This document shows, piece after piece, positions 1-9,368 of a stretch of 64,000 nucleotides of DNA. Made by a program: the position numbers and the translations under genes. Position 1 is the first letter of the stretch. The number at the start of each line of letters is the position of its first letter. The notes under the pieces are model-generated. The model was not told the origin of the DNA, did not search any database, and was given only the letters and a program-made list of their open reading frames with translations. The stretch is taken from contig JBKAGP010000001.1 in NCBI GenBank assembly GCA_046290465.1, positions 3,008,001 through 3,072,000 of the forward strand, read 5' to 3'. The stretch is from Planctomycetota bacterium. GTDB lineage: Bacteria; Planctomycetota; UBA1135; UBA2386.

Positions 1-1272
1 GCTGCGTTCGGCGTCAATCAACTGAAGTGCACCGGCGGCGCCAGCAGCGAGTGATTGCTCCGCAATTCTGACGTTGGTCTGCGCGGCCGGAAGCACCTCG
101 TCACGGAGAATTCGGTGCTGTGCCGATGCGAGTTCGACAGTTGCGCGCGCGCGTTCGACTGCGTTCAAGACCCGATGTGCCTCGCTTTCATAACGTGTAC
201 GAGTCTCTTCTCGGAGCTTGCGGGCCTGGGCAATCGCTTGCTGGTTGCGGTCGAAGATTGGGAGTTCTATGCCCAGGCTCAGACCGAGGATCGTGCCCCG
301 CTCACCTGTCTCTCCCCCGATGGATGGCCCAAAGACAAGATCAGGGTATTGCCTGACCACCTCAAGATGCAGCTGGCGTTCAGCGACCTCGTACTCAGCG
401 CGAATACGGAACAGGCGTGGGTGCTCGTTCACAACCAACTCATGCAAATCCTCGGCGCCCGGAACCTGTGCAGGAAGCTCGGGCAATGCCTGCTCGGGCA
501 GCACTCCCAATCGCGATGCACGGATGGCCACAAGCTGCGACATATCGGCCGCAGCATTGACTCGGTCCAATCGAGCTCCAAGCACGCGACTGCATTCCCG
601 AGCATGCTCGAGCTGAAATAGGGAGACATCGAGCGCTGTCGCACCACCGGCAACGACCAGGTCGTTGACGACAGTCAACGAGGCTCGAGCAGCCCCCAGC
701 ACGGACTCACGCACCAACGCGCGTTTCTCGGCAACGGCAAGGCGAACGTAGGCCGCGCGAAGATCCAGATAGAGTTCCCTGAAGGTCGCGAGCGCTTCGG
801 CGCGAGCCGCCCCTGCCAGAGCCGCGTTCACGTCGTCCTGCCTTCCCAGTCGCCCACTGATTGGAATCGTGAGCGTGAGCCCGCCGAAGGGAACGACTTT
901 GTTGATCGGGTCTTCCCGCCCGAAGCCAAACTCGGGTCCCGCGTAGATCCCAGGGTTCGGCCACGGTGTCGAGACCCTAGCCTTGGCAGCAGCTGTGCGA
1001 TAGCGAGCTATTGCTTCTTGCACTCGGGGACCACGCTCGCGGAGCCACTGAGCTGCCCTGGAAAGAGTCAGCTTTCCCGGCTTCGCATCGGCCGACGGAC
1101 CCTCCCGCTCGTTCGAGAGGACAACGAGTTCTTCCCGGAGAATAGGGTCGGGTTCGTAGGATTGCGTAGCGCAACCCGACAACGTGAATGCGAGCCCTAC
1201 CGAGAGCGCAACGCGCCTCGGTGATGTGATGTTCTGCACCGCCCTTGGGACGGATTTACTTCGTGATTCCAA
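1..1272 (-). CDS. TolC/CzcC-family outer-membrane efflux lipoprotein (3' end runs off the window)
   Basis: Absent from the ORF track; translated by hand. The frame is open from TTG 1272 (AGGAGG 5 nt upstream) to position 1. It has a lipobox LSGC, 'PWPNPG', 'QYPDLVFG' and 'LSLGIELPIFDRNQQAIA', typical of CzcC-like OEP proteins. Confidence 0.85.
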   Translation of the reverse strand, partial: MESRSKSVPRAVQNITSPRRVALSVGLAFTLSGCATQSYEPDPILREELVVLSNEREGPSADAKPGKLTLSRAAQWLRERGPRVQEAIARYRTAAAKARVSTPWPNPGIYAGPEFGFGREDPINKVVPFGGLTLTIPISGRLGRQDDVNAALAGAARAEALATFRELYLDLRAAYVRLAVAEKRALVRESVLGAARASLTVVNDLVVAGGATALDVSLFQLEHARECSRVLGARLDRVNAAADMSQLVAIRASRLGVLPEQALPELPAQVPGAEDLHELVVNEHPRLFRIRAEYEVAERQLHLEVVRQYPDLVFGPSIGGETGERGTILGLSLGIELPIFDRNQQAIAQARKLREETRTRYESEAHRVLNAVERARATVELASAQHRILRDEVLPAAQTNVRIAEQSLAAGAAGALQLIDAERS

Positions 1273-1337
1273 ACTGTCCTCCTGAGGTTCTCAAGACGCC
1301 ACCGACATGGCGGCGCACTCATGGAACTCAGGAGAAC

Positions 1338-1835
1338 TCAGATCAGAAGGACGACAGACCGCCGCAGCTCAAGCTGCTGGCTCGGTCTGTGACGTGCGGC
1401 GTCTACCCACGACTCCACCAGCACGCAGTCGCGGTCAGGCCAGAGGCCTCCACGCCCCCATCTCGTTGACGGCAACGGCGGCAGATCATGCCCGTCCAGG
1501 TCTCCTATCGCCGCTGCAAGCGGCGAACCGGAACTGGACTCCCTGACTACCTCCGAACAGTCAAGAACCAGGTCATCGCACGGTGGGTGCTCTGCATCAA
1601 CTACCTGTGACGGCGCAGAATGCGCCGTCATCGAATGCGCCGTGTCGTGCTGGCAAGGGCACGGAGTCACGGAGTCACCGGTTCCGACCGATGGCACACC
1701 GACGCCCAGTCCAAGATGACCATCATGGCCCAGGCACACCGTCACCCCACTTGCCGGGACCAGGGCGATGAACACGGCAACCAGCAGGCTTAGCCAAGCC
1801 GCCGCGCGCTGCGTGTGGGAGCCCATGGTCATCAT
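1338..1835 (-). CDS. Small exported Cys/His-rich protein (DUF2946-like), upstream of the efflux gene
   Basis: N-terminal hydrophobic segment, 'VCLGHDGH', 'CPCQH', 'HPPCDD', C-terminal 'RRSVVLLI'; co-oriented directly upstream of the CzcC-like gene. Confidence 0.6.
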   Translation of the reverse strand: MMTMGSHTQRAAAWLSLLVAVFIALVPASGVTVCLGHDGHLGLGVGVPSVGTGDSVTPCPCQHDTAHSMTAHSAPSQVVDAEHPPCDDLVLDCSEVVRESSSGSPLAAAIGDLDGHDLPPLPSTRWGRGGLWPDRDCVLVESWVDAARHRPSQQLELRRSVVLLI

Positions 1836-1923
1836 CTCAGTTTAGGCATCGGGCACCTTCCCGACAACAGTTGAGTACATTTCGGCCTATCGTAGCGGAA
1901 GTCCGACTCCCAAGCCGCAGCAG

Positions 1924-2306
1924 ATGCCCGCTCCGAAGCCCCCCGGAGTTCTTCACGACCGCCATCACCAAGGCGCGCGCGGCCGGCAAGCCGATCGTGA
2001 TCGACTTCTGGGCTGAGTGGTGTGGACCGTGCAAGCAGCTAAAGAAGATCACGCTGGCGGAGACAGAGGTCGCAAAAGCCCTCGACGGTGTCGAGCTCAT
2101 ACTCGTAAGACCTCGACAAGAACCCGGAGCTTGCCAAGGCCTTCGGAGTAAAGGGTATCCCCGATGTGTTCTTCATCAGCACCGAGGGGTTGGTCGTCGA
2201 CAAGCTGCGGAAGTTCGAGGAGGCCAAACCGTTCCTCGCGCGCCTGAAGGCACTCAGTAAGAAGCCCGCGCCACCCCCGGTCAAGCAACCGGAGAAGGGG
2301 AAGTAG
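1924..2306 (+). pseudogene. Thioredoxin-family protein, frameshifted
   Basis: 'GKPIVIDFWAEWCGPCK' is in one frame. After an extra A at 2107/2108 the fold continues in another frame (DLDKNPELAKAFGVKGIPDVFFIST...) to TAG 2304-2306. The 5' end is also out of frame around the C-run at 1939-1944, so the start is uncertain. Confidence 0.75.
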
Positions 2307-2589
2307 CGAAGTAGCCGCGCGGCGGAGTTCCACGCTCAGTTGCCCCTGGGCCTTGCCTCACCGCAACCGCGGCGTGCCAGAGGTGGGCGAACAAGGGAAC
2401 CTCCATGGAGCGACCCACGCCGTCTCGTGTGCCAGTTTAGTGCCGACAATTCGCCCCGCGCATGCCCTCAGGTGTCCCCATCCTCATCACAAGTCGGTTC
2501 ATCTTGGTGATCGCAGGTCGTGCTATTGTCTTGACTTGACCGCGTCCGACCGCGATCGCCCTCACCTGCCCCCGGACCGTCAGACGCGC

Positions 2590-2637
2590 TTCCCAAGCTG
2601 AATGTCGTCGGTTCGATCCCGATCACCCGCTCCATTC
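2590..2637 (+). repeat. Displaced 3' fragment of tRNA-Gly(CCC); att-site direct repeat, copy 1
   Basis: TTCCCAA (anticodon loop), GCTGA, variable loop, T-arm GTCGG-TTCGATC-CCGAT, CACCCGC-TCCA. There is no 5' half (no GCGGGTG or D-arm) upstream. 46/48 identical to 32241-32288. Confidence 0.9.
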
Positions 2638-2653
2638 GCCACCCAACACCCAG

Positions 2654-3757
2654 CTACAGCCAGCTTGAACTCCCGAGCGGCGACACATCGTCGCGCACTG
2701 GTCGCATGACCTTGCCGACGAAGGGCGAGGTCATCGCCCGCAGCAGCGCGCTGTAGTTCGGCTCGAACCGGATCTCGGCTCCGACGGGTAGCAGTTCGCG
2801 CCCGGAGTGCACAATCAGATGGTCGCTGCTGGCACCCGAGATCTCGATTCCCCGTGGCGGATGCAGGCCGTCGGGATCCACGTCCTGCCGCCCGACCGCC
2901 AGGATCGCCTGCGGCACGAGCCCGCGATCCCCGGGAACCGGCACTTGCCCGAACGCTGCCTGCGCAGTCACGCCGGCCGGCCGCGACGACTTGATCTTCG
3001 ACTCGATAACTTCGGCGACCAGCACGATCGCGTCGGTATGGAGTCCCTGGATCGGCCGCCGATCCAATGGGTCTCGCCCCAGCAGGATGGCTTCGCCAAG
3101 ACGGAGGTCGTTGATCCTGCCGCAGTCCGCGCCTCCGAGCGCCCACCGGAGGTTCGCGGAGTTGCCACCGGAGACGATGCCGATCGTCAGCCCGAACGTC
3201 GCCTCGATCGAGTCCGCCAGTGCGGAGAGTCTGCCCATATTCTCCGAGTCTGGGATCACACCATATCGACATGCCAGATTCGCACCGAGACCCTCGAACG
3301 TGATCGAGGGCAGGCGCAGCGTCTCGCCGACCATGCGCTCTAGATCCGCAGGCATGATTCCCTCACGGAGGTCGCCGAGTTCGACCATCAACACGACCGC
3401 GTGCTGCTTGCCGGAAGCTTCCGCCGCCGCCGAGAGCTGCGTGATCACTTCGAGTTCGGTGTTGAAGCTCGAGTCTGCGCACGCGACCACTCGAGCCGCC
3501 TGGCTCATCATCGGCGATCGAATCAGGGTGAGCGACGCCGGCGCCTTGCTGCTGCGAAGCGCCTCGATGTTCTCGATCCTCGAGTCCCCCAACGAGCGAA
3601 CACCGGCACGCGTGAAGGCGTCGGCGATCGCCGGAGAACCGAGCATCGCCTTCGTAACACCGGTAATCGAGACCCCGCGCGTGCCGAGGGAGTGGACCAG
3701 GGCGCGCGCATTCTCGTGAATCTTGTCTAGGTCGATCTCGACGCGCGGCGCGCTCAC
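2654..3757 (-). CDS. Alanine/ornithine racemase-family PLP enzyme (Orr/YhfX-like)
   Basis: 'IDLDKI..NA', 'GVTKA' (PLP Lys), 'GDSRIENI', 'MVELGDLREGI', 'GANLAC', 'SGGNS', 'GASSDHL'; GTGA overlap with the upstream DUF1611 gene. Confidence 0.85.
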   Translation of the reverse strand: MSAPRVEIDLDKIHENARALVHSLGTRGVSITGVTKAMLGSPAIADAFTRAGVRSLGDSRIENIEALRSSKAPASLTLIRSPMMSQAARVVACADSSFNTELEVITQLSAAAEASGKQHAVVLMVELGDLREGIMPADLERMVGETLRLPSITFEGLGANLACRYGVIPDSENMGRLSALADSIEATFGLTIGIVSGGNSANLRWALGGADCGRINDLRLGEAILLGRDPLDRRPIQGLHTDAIVLVAEVIESKIKSSRPAGVTAQAAFGQVPVPGDRGLVPQAILAVGRQDVDPDGLHPPRGIEISGASSDHLIVHSGRELLPVGAEIRFEPNYSALLRAMTSPFVGKVMRPVRDDVSPLGSSSWL

Positions 3758-4953
3758 GACGTTTGGAGCGTGCGCTTGCAGACAAGCTGAGGGAACGCAG
3801 TGAAGACCATCCCGGTGAGCCTGTCGGCGGGCCCGGTCAGCGGATCGGTCACGGCGATCTCCAATTCGGTGGCGTAGCTGGCAACTGCGAGCTGCACCTC
3901 GGCGTCGGTCATGTTCTCGTGGTTGATGGTGAGTCCAATCACCTTCGTCTTGGCGAACATCTCGATGAGGCGGATTTCGTCGGCAGGACTCGGCATCGGC
4001 ATGCCTTCGAAGTCACATCGGTGTGACCGAGCCGGTGCATGCTGCAGGATGACGCCATCGGGGTGGCAGCCACGCAAGATGAGACTCGACGTCGAGAACG
4101 CTGGATGGCTCAGCGATCCCTGCCCCTCGATGACGATCACGTCCGGTTGCTCCTTCTCGAAGGCTTCCAGAATGGTCGCTTCGAGCTCTCCGGAGCAGAA
4201 TTGCGAAGGCACTGCGTCCAGCGCGACACCGTAGCGGGCCCCCTGGATCAACCCGGTCTGCCCCGTGCCCACCAGCACCGCGTTCAGCCCCAACTCGTTG
4301 AGTTCCTTCGTCAGTATGGTCGCCGTCGTTCGCTTGCCGATTGCGCAGTCGGTGCCGAGCACCGCGATGCGGGGGCACGTGACCTCGGCGATGCGACCGG
4401 TGAACAACCGCAGCTCCCGTTTCGAGCGGGGCTTCCTGATGTCGAGAATGCGCACGCCGTGCGCTGCGCTCGCCGCCAGGAACTCGGCGTCTTCGCTCAG
4501 GAACTCGTGCAGGCCGTTGACGACGTGCATGCCCAGGGCCATCGCGCTCAAGACGACGCCTCGCTCCTTCTTGCTCATCATGCCACTCGCCGGTGCCATG
4601 CCGAAGATGAAGGAGTCCGGCACGAACTCGGCGCTGGACAGCGCATGCTCCAGGTCGCGACAGATCGGGATCGCCTTGTGCTTTTCCCCGAGGGCGACAC
4701 CGGCGTCTTGTCCGGCAAGCGCGCTGTCGATCACCGAGAGGATCCTGTAGCGCTCCGAATGGCGGACCAGCCCGTTGGCGGTCTTGCCATCGATGGCCCC
4801 GAAGTTCCCCTCGCAGTACACGACTGCGGTAGTGGTGTCGACATCGTCGATGGCGGCCGGCGTCATCATCGCCAGGGCCATTTCGCCAGGGTCCATCAGG
4901 GCGGGCGGCGAAAGCGGATTCCGGGACGGGACCGGTCGCGTGGGGTCAGACAT
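3754..4953 (-). CDS. DUF1611 domain protein (DgcN-like, P-loop)
   Basis: 'GKTANGLVR', 'GLHEFL', 'GTDCAIGKRTT', 'TGQTG', 'IEGQGSLSHP'; ATG 4953 with GAGGAG RBS. Confidence 0.85.
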   Translation of the reverse strand: MSDPTRPVPSRNPLSPPALMDPGEMALAMMTPAAIDDVDTTTAVVYCEGNFGAIDGKTANGLVRHSERYRILSVIDSALAGQDAGVALGEKHKAIPICRDLEHALSSAEFVPDSFIFGMAPASGMMSKKERGVVLSAMALGMHVVNGLHEFLSEDAEFLAASAAHGVRILDIRKPRSKRELRLFTGRIAEVTCPRIAVLGTDCAIGKRTTATILTKELNELGLNAVLVGTGQTGLIQGARYGVALDAVPSQFCSGELEATILEAFEKEQPDVIVIEGQGSLSHPAFSTSSLILRGCHPDGVILQHAPARSHRCDFEGMPMPSPADEIRLIEMFAKTKVIGLTINHENMTDAEVQLAVASYATELEIAVTDPLTGPADRLTGMVFTAFPQLVCKRTLQTS

Positions 4954-5678
4954 GCGTACTCCTCGAGCGAGGCTCAGAAGAGGCGACGCGGTCACGACAG
5001 CCCGGATTGGCCGGTCGACGACGCAATCCCCGCCAAGCAACCCACCAACTCTACCGCCGATGCGAGCCAGGTGTTGCCGCGATCCCTGGCCGCCCCAGAT
5101 TTCATCTGATCTTGCGCTGCTTGGCCGGGTTGAACCCGGCGTCTCGACTGCAGCGGGCGCGGCACGCTTCCTCGGCTACGACTGCAGTCGAAGGTCGAGC
5201 GGCGGCGTCGGCTTGTGGTGTGAGGCCTCGACACGGGCGGAGATTCGGCTCCGCGTCGGGTCGAGAGTCTGGGCTTCGTCGAAGGGCATCGTGAATTCGC
5301 TGCCGTGCCGTGCCCACGGTCGCACGCCAACCCTCGGATCGGAAGCTCGCTGGAGAGTGGTGGGGCACTTCGTCGAGCGCGTCGGCCGCGGCCTTTCCCG
5401 AATTCACGATGCGCTCATGCCGGCCCCCTACAATGCCGGAGATTGGGACATCTCCAGCCTCTCAGAATCCTGGGGAAAGGACTGTACGCGGGGATGCCAG
5501 ACGCAACACGCCTCGCCTTCGGCACGTGGTGGCTAGGCCTGAGCGCGTCTCCGCAATCGGCCCCACGGGTCGGTCGGACTGCTCGGCGCCTTGCCTGCGA
5601 TCCGCTTGCTCTCACCCTCTCGGCTCCAACTCGAATCCTCGCTCACTGCGAACACCACCCCGTCAGCCGTCCCATAAC

Positions 5679-6404
5679 ATGGCCTTGAGACTCGATCCGA
5701 GTTGGAGCTCCGATGGAGCATCGACCACACTCCTGCAAGCGGGCGGTCTAGCGGCCGGGCCCGTGCACGAGGCGCCCTCCAACGAACCACGCCCGTCCCA
5801 ACAGGGCCGCGCCGCAATTCTCAAGCGGCTGCTCGACATCGCCGGCTCGGCGACGGCACTCACGCTCTTGTTGCCGGTCTTCGTCCTGTGCGCAGTCGCC
5901 GTGAAGACCAGTAGTCGTGGTTCGGTGTTCTTCCGGCAGATGCGAGTCGGCCAGGATGGCAAGCAGTTCCCCTGTTTCAAGTTTCGCACCATGCACCCGG
6001 GCGCGCACGCTCACCTCGAAGACCTGCGGGGCTCGAACATCCAGGACGGCCCGGCCTTCAAGATCCGGCGCGACCCACGCATCACGCGCGTCGGCTGCAT
6101 CCTGCGCAAGTTCAGCCTCGACGAGCTGCCGCAGTTCCTCAACGTGCTGTTGGGCCACATGAGCATCGTCGGTCCACGGCCGGCCATCCCCGCCGAGGTC
6201 GCCAAGTACACGCATTGGCAAAGCCGCCGCATCTCGGTGAAGCCGGGGATCACCTGCATCTGGCAGATCTATGGCCGCAACCGCGTCTCGTTCGATCGCT
6301 GGGTGGCCATGGACCTCTACTACATCGACAACTGGTCGTTGCTGCTCGATCTCCAGCTGATCGTGCGGACCGTCGGGGCTGTTGTTCGAGGCAACGGCAT
6401 GTGA
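5679..6404 (+). CDS. Bacterial sugar transferase (polyprenyl-phosphate phosphoglycosyltransferase catalytic domain)
   Basis: 'KRLLDI', '[18 protein letters not shown]', '[34 protein letters not shown]', 'KPGIT', 'DLYYI.NWSLLLD'. Start uncertain. Confidence 0.9.
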   Translation: MALRLDPSWSSDGASTTLLQAGGLAAGPVHEAPSNEPRPSQQGRAAILKRLLDIAGSATALTLLLPVFVLCAVAVKTSSRGSVFFRQMRVGQDGKQFPCFKFRTMHPGAHAHLEDLRGSNIQDGPAFKIRRDPRITRVGCILRKFSLDELPQFLNVLLGHMSIVGPRPAIPAEVAKYTHWQSRRISVKPGITCIWQIYGRNRVSFDRWVAMDLYYIDNWSLLLDLQLIVRTVGAVVRGNGM

Positions 6405-6592
6405 TCCGCGACACAGAGGCACGGCTACCGGCCGCCGCGCGGTTGCGACGAGCTGTCGGATCGATCGGCGTACGTGCTCGGACCTGCCGAGCGCGCATGC
6501 CGACGAGCGTTCGGGTCGCGCCGCCCCGAACGACCCTGGCTCGCGCACTCGCGCCGAACGTGCCTCGACCGACCCGGAGGGGCTGAGACCAG

Positions 6593-6695
6593 GTGGAGAT
6601 CTTCTGGTTCGTCCTTCTCGCCATGCACGGCGTGGTGACCCTCACGGCATGGCTCGACATCCTGCTGCACTACCGACGCTCGACCGCAGCGGTGG
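6593..6695 (+). pseudogene. cls: Cardiolipin synthase, 5' fragment (cut by IS21)
   Basis: GTG 6593 gives MEIFWFVLLAMHGVVTLTAWLDILLHYRRSTAAV. This joins in frame to AWLFSVATLPLLG after removing the IS and one GGTGG copy. Confidence 0.85.
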
Positions 6696-6820
6696 TGTCA
6701 CAGACCGCCCTATGAGAGCCACTCCGGTTCGCCCAAGCGGAGCCACCGCCAGTTCGGCCAAACGGAGCCAGGCCAGTTCGGCAGAACGGAGCCACCCTGG
6801 TTCGGCCAAGCGGAGCCACC
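6696..6820 (+). repeat. IS21 left end with five tandem GAGCCA-core repeats (~24-25 bp period)
   Basis: GAGCCA(C) cores recur near 6717, 6739, 6763, 6788 and 6812, separated by GTTCG(G/C)C-containing spacers. Multiple end repeats are characteristic of IS21 elements. Confidence 0.85.
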
Positions 6821-6913
6821 TGTGACGGGTTGAGCCGGAAGCGAGTCTGGAACTGGGTGAGCCCCCTGCCACCCGGGATCTTCGAGGAATCACTTACCCC
6901 CTCGAGGAACCAG

Positions 6914-8572
6914 ATGGGCAGGAGGCTCAGCATGCATCGTCTACAAGATCTCGTCCGACTCCACCGCGAAGGCGTCCCCGGCCGCACGGCGGCCCGCCTT
7001 CTGAAGATGGGGCGCAACACGATCGCCCGCTACACGAAGGCGCTGTCGGCGGCCGGCCTGCTGAGCGGCGACCCGAGAGACCTACCAGCCATCGAGGAGC
7101 TTCGCGCCGCGGTCGACGAACACGCGCCGCCGAGCACGCCGCCGCAGCAGAAGTCATCGATCGAACGATGGCTGCCGATCGTCGATGCAAAGTCCGACGA
7201 AGGCGTGCCGCCGACGGCGATCTTCGACTTCCTTCGGCTCGAGCACTCGGACTTCGCGGGCAGCCTGTCGGCGATCAAGCGCCGCTGCGCGGCCCTGCGC
7301 CGCGAACGCGGCGTGCAGCCAGGCGAGGTGACGATGCCCGTCGAGACGGCGGTCGGCGACGTCGCGCAAGTCGACTTCGGCTACGTCGGCAAGCTCTACG
7401 ACCCCGAGTCGGGCAAGGAAAAGAAGGCGTGGGTCTTCGTGATGACGCTCGGCCACAGCCGGCACATGGTCGCGCGCCTCGCCTTTGACCAGAAGGTCGA
7501 GACGTGGCTGCGCTTGCACATCGAGTGCTTCGAAGAACTCGGCGGCGTGCCGAAGACGATCGTGCCCGACAACCTGAAGGCGGCGGTCGTCCGCGCTGCC
7601 TTCGGCGTCGACGACGAGGTCACGCTCAACCGCAGCTACCGCGAGCTCGCGCGCCACTACGGCTTCGTCGTCGACCCGACGCCGCCACGCAGCCCGGAGA
7701 AGAAGGGCAAGGTCGAGTCGTCGGTGCGCTACGTGAAGTCCAGCTACTTCAAAGCGCACGCGCCCGAAGACGTCCGCGACGCGCGCGTCGGCATGCAGCG
7801 ATGGCTGATCGACATCGCCGGCCAACGACGTCACGGCACGACGGACCAGCGACCTGCCGACGTCTTCGCCCAGCGCGAGAAAGACGCGCTGCTGCCGCTG
7901 CCGCGTGAGCGCATGCAACTGGTCGCATGGCACCGCGCCAAGGTGCATCGCGACTGCCACGTCGTGTGCCGCGGCGAGTTCTACTCGGCGCCCTGGAACC
8001 TCGTCGGGGAGCACGTAGAGCTGCGTTTGACGCGTTTCGCGGTCACGCTCTACCACGACGACAAGCACGTCTGCACGCACGATCGCGTGTCGCGCGGCAA
8101 GCGTGCGACGATCGAATCGCACCTGCCCGACCAGCGGTCCGCGCTGCGGCACCGAAGCCGCGATCACTGGCAGTCCCTGGCCTACGAGATCGGCAAGCCC
8201 GTCGGCGACTACGTGGCGGCGATCTTCGATTCGGACGACGTGCTCCACAAGCTGCGCCAGGTCCAGGCGGTCGTCACGCACTTGCAGCGATTCCCCGTCG
8301 AGCGCGCCAACGCGGCGTGCATCCGGGCCATGCACTACGGCAACCAGTCCTACGCCGGGATCAAAGACATCCTCCGGCGCGGCCTCGACCTGATCCCGAT
8401 CCCCGGCGATGGCGATCGTCTTGCCAGCCACTGGTCGAACAAGCCGCGCTTCTCCCGTGTCCCATCAAGAGCCACCGATGCCCACGATCCAAGACCTGAC
8501 CAGCGTGCTGAAGAAGCTCCGACTCTCTGGCGTCCTCGAGACGATGGAACTCCGCGAGCGGCAAGCGAGTGA
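6914..8572 (+). CDS. istA: IS21 transposase IstA
   Basis: N-terminal HTH; 'AQVDFG', 'GGVPKTIVPDNLKAAV', 'KGKVESSVRYVK' DDE motifs; ATG 6914 with GAGGA RBS. Confidence 0.95.
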   Translation: MGRRLSMHRLQDLVRLHREGVPGRTAARLLKMGRNTIARYTKALSAAGLLSGDPRDLPAIEELRAAVDEHAPPSTPPQQKSSIERWLPIVDAKSDEGVPPTAIFDFLRLEHSDFAGSLSAIKRRCAALRRERGVQPGEVTMPVETAVGDVAQVDFGYVGKLYDPESGKEKKAWVFVMTLGHSRHMVARLAFDQKVETWLRLHIECFEELGGVPKTIVPDNLKAAVVRAAFGVDDEVTLNRSYRELARHYGFVVDPTPPRSPEKKGKVESSVRYVKSSYFKAHAPEDVRDARVGMQRWLIDIAGQRRHGTTDQRPADVFAQREKDALLPLPRERMQLVAWHRAKVHRDCHVVCRGEFYSAPWNLVGEHVELRLTRFAVTLYHDDKHVCTHDRVSRGKRATIESHLPDQRSALRHRSRDHWQSLAYEIGKPVGDYVAAIFDSDDVLHKLRQVQAVVTHLQRFPVERANAACIRAMHYGNQSYAGIKDILRRGLDLIPIPGDGDRLASHWSNKPRFSRVPSRATDAHDPRPDQRAEEAPTLWRPRDDGTPRAASE

Positions 8573-9212
8573 CGACAACCTGAGCAACCGCGACTTCCTG
8601 TTTCGCGTGCTCAACGACGAGGTCGAGCGGCGCGAGGCCAAGCAGCTTCACCTGCGCCTTCGCCGCGCCGCCTTCGACTGCCAGCGAACGATCGAAGACT
8701 TCGACTTCGCCTACAACCCGCAGATCCCCAAGGCCAAGATCGTGGACCTGGCGACGTGCCATTTCGTCGAGCGACACGAGAACGTGCTGCTCGTCGGCCC
8801 GACCGGCGTCGGCAAGTCGCACCTCGCGCAGGCGCTCGGTCACCGCGCGTGTCGCGCTGGCTACTCGGTGCTCTACGTCGCCGCGCACGAGATGCTGACC
8901 AAGCTGCGCGCGTCGCGAGCCGACGGCAGCTACGACCGATGCCTCGCCAAGTTTGCGAGCCCCGACCTGCTGATCATCGACGATCTCGGGCTGCGACCGT
9001 TGGAGAACGACGAGCCCATCGACCTCTACGAGGTCATCCGGCAACGCTACGAGCGCGGCGCGATGATCGTCACGAGCAACCGTGCGCTCGAGGAATGGCC
9101 GCCGCTCTTCGTCGATGAGCTGCTCGCCAGCGCGGCGATGGACCGCGTGCAGCACCATGCCCACGTCGTCGTCATCGATGGGCGGTCTTTCCGCCAACCG
9201 CGGAGCGCGTAG
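8478..9212 (+). CDS. istB: IS21 helper AAA+ ATPase IstB
   Basis: 'LKKLRLSG', Walker A 'GPTGVGKSHLA', Walker B 'LLIIDDLG', 'IVTSN', 'DRVQHH', 'GRSFR'. Confidence 0.95.
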   Translation: MPTIQDLTSVLKKLRLSGVLETMELRERQASDDNLSNRDFLFRVLNDEVERREAKQLHLRLRRAAFDCQRTIEDFDFAYNPQIPKAKIVDLATCHFVERHENVLLVGPTGVGKSHLAQALGHRACRAGYSVLYVAAHEMLTKLRASRADGSYDRCLAKFASPDLLIIDDLGLRPLENDEPIDLYEVIRQRYERGAMIVTSNRALEEWPPLFVDELLASAAMDRVQHHAHVVVIDGRSFRQPRSA

Positions 9213-9367
9213 TGGCTCCGTTTGGCCGAACTGGGCGCGATTCCTGCCGAACGCGATCAGGCTTCTGTGCCAATCCCGAAACGTCGCCTGTGCCAGTCCG
9301 AATCCGGCTTCGAGAGGTGGCTCCGAATGGCCGAACTGGGGTGGCTCCGATGAGGCGGCCCTTGACA
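9212..9367 (-). repeat. IS21 right end with inverted GGAGCCAC repeats
   Basis: GTGGCTCCG at about 9212, 9317 and 9341. The reverse complement of the end, TGTCAAGGGCCGCCTCATCGGAGCCACC, matches the left end. Confidence 0.85.
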
Positions 9368-9368
9368 G

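Larger units (their letters stand above)
6696..9367 (+). mobile_element. IS21-family insertion sequence, 2672 bp, 5-bp target duplication GGTGG
   Basis: Ends TGTCA...TGACA with ~50-bp imperfect inverted repeats; GGTGG at 6691-6695 and 9368-9372; contains istA and istB. Confidence 0.95.

Noticed and set aside
2560..2637. Functional tRNA-Gly gene
   Set aside because: There is no acceptor 5' strand or D-arm upstream, so it is only a 3' fragment. The same holds for 32241-32288.
6696..6820. CRISPR-like short repeat array
   Set aside because: The period is only ~24-25 bp, the spacers resemble each other, inverted copies sit at the other IS end, and there are no cas genes. These are IS21 terminal repeats.
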